From Geosiphon pyriformis uo1 (lineage: Eukaryota; Fungi; Glomeromycota), in assembly GCA_016748015.1 (NCBI GenBank), contig JAAOMT010000697.1, positions 442,868 to 506,867 on the forward strand: 64,000 nucleotides of DNA. The letters are read 5' to 3'. Numbering within the stretch: position 1 is the first letter of the stretch; each line of letters starts with the position of its first letter. Positions 1-11,785 of the stretch are shown here, one piece after another. Made by a program: the position numbers and the translations under genes. Below the pieces are notes generated by a model that was not told the DNA's origin, did no database searches, and saw nothing but the letters and a program-made list of their open reading frames with translations.

Positions 1-117
1 TGGTTTTTTCTTATTCCCCACAATCATTTTCGTAGATAAAATCACATGATATATTGTGATTTTAATTGGTAAATTAGTCGTGAGAAACCTAACAACGACC
101 ATAGTTAAATATTAAAA

Positions 118-2029
118 ATGACTAAAAAAAACTTTCAAGAGAAATATGAATTAATTACGAGGAATTTACAAGAAGTTTTGGGGGGAGAAGAGATACTTGA
201 GATACTTAAGGAACGAGATTTGAAGCTTTACTGGGGGACTGCACCAACGGGAAGGCCACACATTGGTTACTTTGTTCCAATGTCGAAAATTGCAGACTTT
301 CTTTTGGCTGGAGTTGAAGTAAGTCCTTTTCAAGAAACTTCTAGCAAGAAGCTTTATACATAAAAGATGTTTTGTATAAATAGCCTCTTTGTCTATTCTT
401 TTGCTCTACCAAGTTTGCTTGTTCATTCTGTTAATCCTTAGTATGAATTTATTGGTTTATTATAAATAGGTAACGATTCTTTTAGCCGATATTCATGCTT
501 TTCTTGATAATATGAAGGCACCGCTTCAATTGGTTAAATATCGCACCAAATACTATGAGGAGCTTATTAAAGCTCTTTTGGAATCGATCGGTGTACCAAT
601 TGAAAAGTTAAAGTTTGTGGTAGGATCGACGTATCAACTTTCAGAGAAGTATAATATGGATCAGTACCGTCTTTGCGCCATCGTTACTGAACATGATGCC
701 AAAAAGGCAGGCGCTGAAGTAGTTAAACAAGTTGAATCGCCTCTGCTTTCTGGATTACTTTATCCCGGGTTGCAAGCTCTCGATGAAGAATATCTGGGTG
801 TCGATGCTCAATTTGGTGGTGTTGATCAAAGAAAAATCTTTGTATATGCTGAAAAATATTTGCCACATCTTGGCTATAAAAAGCGAGCACATTTAATGAA
901 CCCGATGGTACCAGGTCTACAAGGGTCAAAAATGTCTTCATCTGATGTGGATTCAAAAATTGATTTACTTGATGATGAGGGGGCTGTCTCTAGGAAACTA
1001 AAAAAAGCTTTTTGTGAAGAGGGGAACATTGTAGAGAATGGAGTTTTATCTTTTGTTAATTCAGTTTTGTTTCCACTTGGTTCTATGAATGATCAAACTC
1101 CAAATTTTGTGATCAAACGACCAGAAAAATATGGTGGTGATGTGACCTATACTGACTTTAAGTCTTTGGAAAACGATTTCCGTGACAAAAAAGTTCATCC
1201 AGGTGATTTAAAAGCTTCAGTAGCAGAGTCCATAAATAAATTGTTGAATCCCATTCGCAAGAAATGGGAAGATAACCCCGAATTCGTTAAGATGACCGAA
1301 CAGGCGTACCCGCAACCAGCAGCAAAAATTGTAAAGAAAAAAGAACCAAAAAAACAGAGTTCTTCAACTTTAGCTGAAAGCAGCACTGCTGAGAAGCCCG
1401 TAGACGTTTCCAGATTAGGTTTATAATAATTCTTTCTTTTTTATTTATTCAAATTTATAAAACCAATCCGTCATTTCCTCAATCTGACTCTAATCTTTTA
1501 TCCACTAATTTTATGAATATACTTCCTTTTCTTTTGAATAGACGTTCGGGTTGCAAAAATTATAAAAGCAGAAATTCATCCCCAAAACCCAAAGTCTTAT
1601 GTTTCCACAGTGGATGTTGGTGATGAATCTGGCATCCCACGTACAGTGGTCTCGGGTTTAGCGACTTTTATTCCTTTTGAAAAAATGCAAGGACGACAAG
1701 TACTTGCTGTTTGCAATCTAAAGTCTGCTAAATTCCAAGGTATCGAGTCTCAGGCAATGCTTTTGGCTACCTCATCCACGGATGGTACCCAAATTGAATT
1801 ATTAGATCCCCCTCCAAATTCAGAAATTGGTGAAGCAATCTTTTGGGAAGGGTATCCATCCGTGGTGAAAGGTGGCGAGATATTAAACCCAAAGCAAAAA
1901 ATTTTCGAAAAAATCGCCGAAGGGTTTCGTATCAATGATGAAGGTGTTGCTGTTTATAACGATCTTCCATTTCGTGTGAAAAATGGAGTTGTAAGCGCTA
2001 AAACTTTGAGGGGAGGAAGTATACGATAA
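118..2029 (+). CDS. TYS1: Cytosolic tyrosyl-tRNA synthetase with C-terminal EMAP-II-like/tRNA-binding OB domain; exons 118-318, 470-1418, 1542-2029 (~545 aa)
   Basis: Class I motifs [14 protein letters not shown] (HIGH) and KMSSS, plus [15 protein letters not shown] introns 319-469 and 1419-1541 join in frame (AGVE|[18 protein letters not shown]; SRL-D-VRVAKI). The C-terminal RTVVSGL...CNLK...GIESQAMLL is typical of EMAP-II/Trbp111-like domains. Confidence 0.96.
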
Positions 2030-2586
2030 TCGTGTGCAAAGTTTTTTAAATTGTAAAAAAGTCGATGACGATAAATTAAAAAATCATTAACTAGTTAACC
2101 CTTTCAATCAAAAGATCTCTTCATCATCCCAATGTCAGCCACCATAAATGATTTATCTCGCTTATTATGAAATGTTCAAAACAGATAAGGATGGTTATTC
2201 GAGTCTATCTCCTATTATTGGATAACACTTCGGGAGTAGAGCATGAACGATGACAAATTTAGTCTTATCTCGTTAAAAAAATGATCAACAAAATAGATTG
2301 TCATCTATCACTGGATTAAATCGAAGAAAATGGAACTACAATGTAGATGATACCACCATAGCGCAATTAACAAAATTGGAAATGATCATAGGTATTTTTG
2401 TTACTAAGTCCGTGATAAAAAGTACACAAATCGACAATCTGTAGGTCAATCGGTCCACATTCAGACAACTCTAGATTTTTACTATTGTTCCTCAAAAGAC
2501 AAACTTCGCGGTCATAACATTTTTCCAAGATTTTTTTATAACCACGTTCTTTTCCACTTTACAAACCACATGCCTGGCCAAATGCG

Positions 2587-4514
2587 ATGGCAACGCCCAC
2601 AAACTCAACACTTAAAACAAATCCAGACAATAATAAAATTACGTTTTGTGATTTTCGTCTAGACATTCAAAATTGTCCGGAAACGAAATACCTGCATAAT
2701 TTATATTTATCCAATATCATTGCCTGTGCGTTTGTATTTCTGAGTCTGGGAGCATTATTAGTTTATCGAACTAGGTGGCGAGTTTTTAATCATAACAGCC
2801 ATAATGGGGAAAGAACAACTAATTCACGTGGTGGTAGTTTTGCTAGAAAACACTTGACAAAGGAATCACCGCGTTTTTCAACTTTGGCTTTGTCTGGTAT
2901 TGCAAATAACAAACCAGTATTTCGACCGAGACCAGTTGAATTTTTTTATTTGATTCATATTGGAGGTATTTTTTTTCTGGAAAGAATATTCGGAGACTTG
3001 TTAACGGGCAAGAAAATTTACCATTTTAATTGAAAACTATGATGTCTTGATTCTTTAGCACGATTAATATCTTCAATATTGATTTTGAAAGGCTCCCTCC
3101 CTAATTATTTATTAAAAGAATGTAAGTGAAGAAATTTATGAAAATTTATCTTCACTTAAAAAATAATTAATATAAATGTCACTTTTAATTTCTCAGTCCT
3201 CCACGAAATCCCTTGGGCATTTGGATATATGGGAATTGGCATGTACTTGATCGGGATCATGTACGTGGATCTAGAAACCCAACTATTAGTATTTGCACCA
3301 CCGAAAGGCACTCTTAGTAGTTATCAACATACATGGACTACAAAAACATTGGACAATTTCGGTTGGTTAATAGTTATAGTTCCATTTACCACATTAAATC
3401 TATTGGCCATTTTATCGGGGGCATTTCGCGATCAAGGAAACAAGAATCTGGCAGATTTGACATCTACCATACATTATGCATGGTGGTCGTTTCTTTGTTT
3501 TTTTATGGCGGCTGGATTGTTTTTTTTTGGGAAGCGATTGTTGAGTTTATTACAAGGACAGATGAAAGAGTTTAGTGGTACTGGTAGTGTTGCCGCTGCT
3601 CTTTCTAAATTGCAAATGGGGGATGTTAAACGGAGATTGTTTAAGGTAACTTTATAAATTCTTAATTTGAATTTTAATTTTACGATTGACTAAAACCTCT
3701 GCATATATATATATATATATTTTTTAATATTAGTTAAAATTAATACTTGGTTGTATGATTGTAACAATGAGTTTTTTCACTGTGACTTTATTCATGTTTG
3801 CTAGTTTTCGTGGTTTTTGTCTTTTGAACGCGGGTAAATTTTTATCCTTTACCTGGGTTTCAATATCGCCATGTTTAATATTTTTATCAGTGGTTTTAAT
3901 GGCAATTAAGTAAATATTTCTATATAAACTTATAAGCTGTTTTTAATCAAAAATTTGGAAAAAATAACTCAAAAATCCTTTAAAAAAATAGCACAATACA
4001 AGATGAAACAACGTCGTCAACCATAAATTATTTCTCTCTATACGTCCCATCCTGGCCACCACTACCATCACCATCACCGTCACGAAATAGTAGTAGTAGT
4101 AGTAGTATAATAATTTATAATTCTAATCCTAATTATAATCCATCATGGGCATCACCACCTCTGATGATGGATGGATTCGATATATCAAGTCCCCCATCTC
4201 CACCAACATCACCTCTTCCACCTCAAATTTCATACGAAGATGATATAGATATGACATCAACCAGTTCAACTACAACAACAATGAAAGAAAGGGATTATTC
4301 ATCTTCCTCCAACCCCTCTTTACATCGTCATTATTATCCACGACGAAAAAATTCAGCATGGTATCGTGGTGGTGGGTTTACTAGATCGTTAACTTTCTCG
4401 ATTCTTTCCTCATTTGGAGCACCACCACCTGCCACCAACACCACCTCAATCCCCATAGTACCGACTAGTGATTTGAATGGAAGAAAATCGAGTGCCGGAA
4501 TACCATTGTTGTGA
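2587..4514 (+). CDS. Uncharacterised multi-pass (about 7 TM) membrane protein with Ser/Pro-rich C-tail; exons 2587-2965, 3059-3121, 3197-3645, 3734-3909, 3992-4514 (~529 aa)
   Basis: GT-AG introns link three ORF-track fragments and two further exons into one frame (1590 nt total). About seven hydrophobic segments, an N-terminal CDFRLDIQNC motif and a low-complexity tail. Confidence 0.8.
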
Positions 4515-4985
4515 ATATCTGGGACCATTTATATCGATTATTCTCAATTTGAGGATCACTATTTTTGCAAATTAGACATTTCAGAAAATGAGTTTGAAAA
4601 TTAATAATTTATACGGACGGGAGTTAATATTGTAATATTTTCACCCGATAACAAAAACACTTATTTTTTTTAATAATTGTAATTTATAATTTTTTGTATT
4701 TGCCAATTTTCTTTGTATTTTTACTTTGGATTTTCGTTTGTAAATATATATTTCCAACTGGTGTGTAATTAGCAAGGATAAATTTCTTAATAAGTTTCTT
4801 TTTTCTATCTAATTTTCAGGGCAGAATATTCTGTAGTCTTGGGGTAATGGAAAAAGATTTTGAGATGTTACTTTTTTGTTTTCTTTTTTTTCAGTTGAAT
4901 GATTTTCTCCAGTTTATTAGGTTTTTAATTTCTTTCCTGTGAAAATGACATTATCAGGAGATTTGACAACAAATAAATAAAGAAA

Positions 4986-6555
4986 TTAGGAAAAAAATTT
5001 AATTAATTCTTTAGTCAAAAATGAAGGATGTGTTATTGGCAATCCATGGGTGCCACCATCGACGGTGATTAGATGAGCGTGATTGATACAGTTTTCCAGT
5101 TTTTTGCAATGACGATATGGAACGGTGGTATCTGATGATCCCTAGAGCATTAGTTAAAAATTATTTTTTAAATTATTTTCTAATTTTCTACTGAAATTTT
5201 AATTTTTTGTTGTAATAATTTTCAAATCTTACCCAAATTACCAAAACTTCTCTTTCCTGATTTCCAACATTTTTATACACTTGGTCTAGACCACAAAGTG
5301 GGAAATGTTTCAACGTTGAGAGGTAACTCGATAAAAATCCACGATGATGATTGAATTGGTATAGAACGATATTTTTTACTTCATCTGCTAATTCGGATTC
5401 TAAAATTTCTGCCTCTAGTCTACTAATCATAATTTTTTCAATAAAATGCTATTATTAGGGTAAATTTATACCTTTGTTAATCATAGGATTTCTAAAATAT
5501 TTTAAGATAAAAATCACAAAGTAAAAGATGAGAACATAATACTATACCTTTGTGAATCGATTCAACATAATCGTTGAAATCCAAGGTATTGTGAGAAATT
5601 TACCTATTTTTGGGATATCTTCTCCATCTAATAGGCCAGCAGGAGCGATTAATGCTAATTTCTCCACCATCTCTGGAAATTGTTGTGTGAAAAGTACCGA
5701 GATTGCTCCTCCCTTAACATAAACAATAATGAAATAATAGCAAATGATCCAAGGACCGAAATCGGAACCAAAAAGGTCGGTTTTTACAATTTGATTTCTA
5801 CCATTGATAATCCAATTACATTCGTCTTGTGGAATTCAACATTCCTCAAGAGAAGCGCCAGTTGAGTCACATATAACGCTTGATCATGATTGACGGAGGG
5901 ACTTGCACTATATCCACGTCCATAAAGATCTATTAAATGTGTTTTATAAAAAAATGTTTCCAAATTATATGGCTTCCTTTTGGAATTAAATTTAAATATC
6001 AATCCTACCATAGACCAAGACATGAAAATTTTTTCCGGCAAACGCGTTTGCAATTTCTTTGAATACAGTCGAAGGAATTGTCATTCCTTTACAATGTCAC
6101 ATGATCATCACCATGATAATGTTTTTGGATTTTGATCCACAAAAAGAAAAAAGTTTCTCAATGTAAGAGATCAAAGATGAATGTGTGTAATAATTTTTTC
6201 GAAACATCTGCAATTTACCGTGCACAAAAACTACATTTAAAAATGTGATTAAATTACCGAAAACACGAAATATAAACATATTAAACCAGAAAAATGCCTT
6301 GACCAACCAACCTACTTTTTTTCCAGTTTCTGAACCGAATAGCCAATATCTTGTTTCGCCGTTCGGAAGATGGATATATTGACCCCCTTGATATTATCAA
6401 TATAATTAATCAATTTGGTTACTTGGTTTATTCGGCTTAGCCGGCTAATATAGCCATATCGTACCTGGATAAAAGTCAGGCGGATATGGTACTTGTTTTT
6501 TCGCTTCTTCGTCAGCCAGGGTTTCCCAGGTTTCTCGTAAACTTGGAAACAACAT
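4986..6555 (-). CDS. Alpha/beta-fold hydrolase; exons 6555-6465, 6386-6312, 6230-6219, 6086-6009, 5929-5802, 5712-5548, 5448-5233, 5141-4986 (~306 aa)
   Basis: VVFVHG oxyanion motif, DLYGRGYS, nucleophile elbow GLSM|GG, WG..D..VP acid residue and GTHG histidine. Exons total 921 nt with canonical splice sites. Confidence 0.9.
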
Positions 6556-8139
6556 ATTTCAACCTTATTTGAAGGGGTTGAAGGAATCTATTTTAGTTTA
6601 TTTGATCATCTAATTCTAGGAATTTTGTTTAAATGTTACCGAGGATGAGCGATGTATAACCAATTAATTTAAACTTTAAATAATATTTTGAGTATTAAAA
6701 CATGATAAAAAATTCAAATTCAAATATAAAATTGCAATTAAAAAATTATTATTATTATTATTATTATTATAAAACAAATTAAATAATAAACATTAAATAA
6801 CTATAATTATTTTTGAATTTTACTATATATCGTATGATATTAATATATAATCATAAACATATTTTATATCTGATTAACTTAAATAATTATAAATTTTTGA
6901 ATTACATAATTATCATAACAATTTTTATTTAAAAAAAATAATTAACCCATTTACTTATAATAAAAGCTTAATTATTTTTTCTTATTTTTAAGTAAATTTA
7001 GTTTTTTAGGTTTTATTAAAGTTTTAAATTTGTTTACTTAAAACCTTTTCTTTCTTTTTTTATTACACTTAAAATTAAAAAAATCTGTTGTAACTTTTGA
7101 GTTTGTTTCTGTTTTTGCTGTTATTGCACTTTGTAATATTTTTTTAATCATTTTTATTAAGAATATTAAAAAGCTATAAATATTAAATTAAAGTTTATTG
7201 AATTGTAACAATATTTTTTTGTTTATTTTAAGTTTTTTGGAATTTTTAAACTGTTTTTATTTTCTAATAAAAAATAATAATTGAAATTTTTTTATTTTCA
7301 ATTAAAAAAATTTATTGTCTTTTATAATATATTTAAAACTAAATTAGTTTAATTTTTATTTAATTATACTGTTTTTAAAATTAGCAATATAATTGTTTAA
7401 GTATATAATTAAATTTGTTTTATTTTTAGTTTTTCAATTTTAATTACCAGTAAGATTTATTATTATTATTTTTAACTTCAAAAAAGCTTTTAATAATATT
7501 ATTATTATTAAAACTAGTATTTAAAAAAGATTATATTTAATAAAAAACTTTTAAATATTAGTATTATTATAAGTATTAAAATCTGAAATATCTGGTTTTT
7601 AATTATAAACATATTTTTTTTAATTTAATGAATTTTTTTTAAGTTTTTTGTTATATTTAAAGTTTTTATAAATTATTTTATAAATTTAAATTTTTATATT
7701 AAAACTATTATCTTTTTATTTTTTATGTTTTTAATTTTTTTTAATATTGTTATAAATAAAACATATAAATTTAAACCAAAATTATTAAAATTAAAATTGC
7801 AAAATTTGTCAAATTTTATAAAATTTTTAATTAAAAAAATCAAATTTTGTATAAATTTAATAATTTTTTTTTGTTTATTAAAATAAATTTTTTTATAAAT
7901 ATTAAGATTTAATTTATTATTTTAAAAATTATATTAATTATATATTTGAATTTATTGTTAATTTGGTTAAAAATTTAATAAATTTAAAAATAAATTAAAA
8001 CTTATTTTTTAAATATTTATAATATAATAATATAGTTAAAACTTCTTTCTCTCCTTCATCTAAAATTCCCTAAAAAGAGTCAAATAATTTTTTCTAAAAG
8101 AAGTTTTTTACAATTCAGTATGACAAATCCAAACCCTTC

Positions 8140-10944
8140 TTGCTTAATTACAAAGCCACTATTGGCTGTAATATTACTATGATGAAGAAGTTTGTTAAAA
8201 ATTTTGGTCCTGTTAATAGTAAAAAGAGTGTTGAAAAGGATGTTGCTTTTAGGAAAAAAAAGAAAAGTGGTGTTTTGAAAAATGGTGCTACTAGTGAACT
8301 AGTCTTGTCCGAAAAAGCTGTTGGTAGTTCTTGGAAGTCTGAAGCTGGTAATACTACTAAATCTGATAGTATTGATATGAAAGAGAAGTGTCTAATAGAG
8401 GAAACCAGTGTGGATTATGGTGAAAAGAGTTTGTTTATAGAAGACAACTCCAACCAAACACCAAAGAGTCTGAAATTGGTGACCAAAAAAGCTCTGAATA
8501 CGCCATTGGGGAAAATCAATTTTTTGGATGATATTAGTAATGATAACATTCTTTTGGATACTCCAGTAATTTTTTCTCCTCCTCTGAAGAATTTGGTCAA
8601 TGTTTCTGTTCGGAAATCTTTTGTTATGGATATTGAGCTGGACAAAGTAACTAGAAAATCTTCTTAGGAAAAGTTAGTAGTGGTCAGAAAATTATTCTCA
8701 AAAGTCAATGATTTTGGGAAGGTCTTTACTTCCTCAAAATTCTTAGAGATCATTCATGCTTTCTTTAATTTCGAATCTAGTTTAGCACAGGCTACAGAAA
8801 AGGCAAGAGCAGCAAATATTTTGGTCAACACTAATCTTAAGAGATCACCTAATTGTTCAGATCAGGCTGTGATAATAAAANNNNNNNNNNNNNNNNNNNN
8901 ATATTAATTATATATTTGAATTTATTGTTAATTTGGTTAAAAATTTAATAAATTTAAAAATAAATTAAAACTTATTTTTTAAATATTTATAATATAATAA
9001 TATAGTTAAAACTTCTTTCTCTCCTTCATCTAAAATTCCCTAAAAAGAGTCAAATAATTTTTTCTAAAAGAAGTTTTTTACAATTCAGTATGACAAATCC
9101 AAACCCTTCTTGCTTAATTACAAAGCCACTATTGGCTGTAATATTACTATGATGAAGAAGTTTGTTAAAAATTTTGGTCCTGTTAATAGTAAAAAGAGTG
9201 TTGAAAAGGATGTTGCTTTTAGGAAAAAAAAGAAAAGTGGTGTTTTGAAAAATGGTGCTACTAGTGAACTAGTCTTGTCCGAAAAAGCTGTTGGTAGTTC
9301 TTGGAAGTCTGAAGCTGGTAATACTACTAAATCTGATAGTATTGATATGAAAGAGAAGTGTCTAATAGAGGAAACCAGTGTGGATTATGGTGAAAAGAGT
9401 TTGTTTATAGAAGACAACTCCAACCAAACACCAAAGAGTCTGAAATTGGTGACCAAAAAAGCTCTGAATACGCCATTGGGGAAAATCAATTTTTTGGATG
9501 ATATTAGTAATGATAACATTCTTTTGGATACTCCAGTAATTTTTTCTCCTCCTCTGAAGAATTTGGTCAATGTTTCTGTTCGGAAATCTTTTGTTATGGA
9601 TATTGAGCTGGACAAAGTAACTAGAAAATCTTCTTAGGAAAAGTTAGTAGTGGTCAGAAAATTATTCTCAAAAGTCAATGATTTTGGGAAGGTCTTTACT
9701 TCCTCAAAATTCTTAGAGATCATTCATGCTTTCTTTAATTTCGAATCTAGTTTAGCACAGGCTACAGAAAAGGCAAGAGCAGCAAATATTTTGGTCAACA
9801 CTAATCTTAAGAGATCACCTAATTGTTCAGATCAGGCTGTGATAATAAAAAAAATTCCAGTTGGAACTTCAGCTAAGACTGTGTGCATTGTGTTTTCTGA
9901 ATTTGGTTCTGTTGTGTTAATCAAAATGCAGTTGATAGAATTATGGCAAAAGACTGTGATAAAATTTGCCCAATCAAATCAGGCTAATTTGGTTGTAGCT
10001 AAATAGTCTATTTTAATTGGGAAAGATGCCATGAGAATGGCCAAAGCTAATACAGACAAGGAATCATGGAATATAAAGAATCAATATAGAGCTCTGCTTT
10101 ATACACTTCTAATAAGCACCAATGCTCATGATATTTGGGACTTTATTGGCTCTGTGGGTAAGAAAATATGTATTATTGATTAACATCCTGTTATATATTC
10201 TCAAGTTAGAGGTGCTGTTGTTTGTTTTGACTCTGTTGTTGTAATTAATACTGTTATAGAGACTACATCTGTTTTAAAGAGCATTAATTTGTGCTGGTCT
10301 TATCTGAGTTCTGCTAAGTGTAGAAAATTGAGTTATACCTCTCTGAACTGTTCTGTAAGTAAAAATGTCTCTCCTGGTGGCTCATTTTGCAAGATATTGT
10401 CAGATGATAATAAAAGCAGACTGGCTTCTATTTATGCTAAATGCTCTGCTCCAATCTCTTGTCTTGTTTCTTTTGGTGGTGCCTCTTGGACCAATGTTGT
10501 TGATAGGTTTTTATTCTCTCTTCTCCCTATATACAATGATTCAGCTGCTTCTGGTTTCTCTTTGAAGGTAAAACCTACCTTAATGATGTTTACAGAATTG
10601 AATGATAGATTTGCCACTTTTGAGCATAGTCTTGTTAGTCTCATAAAATGCATTAACAAGTTGGCTAAGAGATTGGACTTATCTGGGCCAATGGTTTCTC
10701 AGCCTAGCTCTGGATGTCAGTCATTGGTAATTTCTTCATTACAAAATTAAGGGGCAAATATAATGATAAATGAGAGTTCAGGTGTGGTCACTGGTAGTAA
10801 AACTATTGTGGAAGTGGCAGTTTTTAATTCTTTGGTTATTTCTAAAATGGAAGATACTCTGAACAATCTTTTGATTACAGTTATGGGCCTCTCAGCCAAA
10901 ATAAACAAACTGGTTTGGTTCCTGCTATTCCTTCTTTTCAATGA
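8140..10944 (+). pseudogene. LINE ORF1 (RRM-like modules, degenerate CCHC knuckle, coiled coil) with stops; first part duplicated across an assembly gap
   Basis: AVIIKKIPVGTSAKTV..FSEFG..IKMQLIELWQKTVIKF and LLYTL..TNAHDIWDFIGSVGKK..AVVCFDS, then coiled coil LNDRFATFEHSLVSL. Homologous to 50820-52660. Confidence 0.8.
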
Positions 10945-11785
10945 TAGATCTGGTTTGAAAATTTGCAACATGCAATATTCATGGTATCAATGTTCTTGCC
11001 AAGCAGAAAGATGTTGTTCATTGGTATGTGGAATCTGGAAGTATGGTTTCTATTGTTATAGAAACAAAGTTAAGGTCTAGTGTTAGGCTGTGGATTATAA
11101 ACAAGTTCAATGGGGTGAGAATATTCTTTTCTGGTTTGAACAAAGAGTTTTTTAGTGCTGGAGTGGCAATTATTATGAACAATTCTCTTGCATGTTATGT
11201 TTCTAAGATTAAAAAAATTTCTGGTCATCTTATTTTTGTTTGGCTCTTTTTCAAGAGCAAAATGTTAGTAGTGATTTTGGGCCTATATGTTGGTGCTTCT
11301 GCTGAGACCAGGTTTGGCTAAGCTAATGAAATCAACTCTTTTATTGTCAAAACTGTTAATTCCTCCACATTTGTGATTCTAGATGGAGATTTCAATAAGA
11401 ATAGATCTAGGAAAAGTGCTAGTTTTAAGTTCTGCTCAGATTTGGGATTGGTCAATTCCTTTGGTAGACACTCTCTGGTTAAAGTCTCCACTTGGGGCAA
11501 TTTACAGAATGCTAAAGAGATTATCAACTACATTTTTGTGAGTGAAAGTTTGTCATCTGCAGTAGCTGGTCATAAAATTGTTTCTGTTTCCGATTTTTTT
11601 GACACTGATTATAATGCTGTTTTGGTTTTAGTTGGTTTGGAGGGTCTTTTAAATGCCCAACTCAATAGTGTTTATATGCAGACTAACAAAAATAAGTGGA
11701 AGTTTAAAATCAAGAATGTAAATGCTGATAAGTGATTGTACTTTAGAGAATATTTGTTAGTCAAGTTCTTAGAGAATATGGATGT
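10941..11785 (+). pseudogene. LINE ORF2 N-terminal apurinic/apyrimidinic endonuclease domain
   Basis: ATCNIHGIN, ETKL, AGVAII, GDFN, STWG, INYIF and DTDY correspond to degenerate APE motifs. Confidence 0.88.

Noticed and set aside
7931-9850. Apparent tandem duplication of a 950-bp LINE 5' segment (two identical 175-aa ORFs)
   Set aside because: The copies look identical and abut a 20-N gap in otherwise decayed DNA, which points to a scaffolding overlap artefact.
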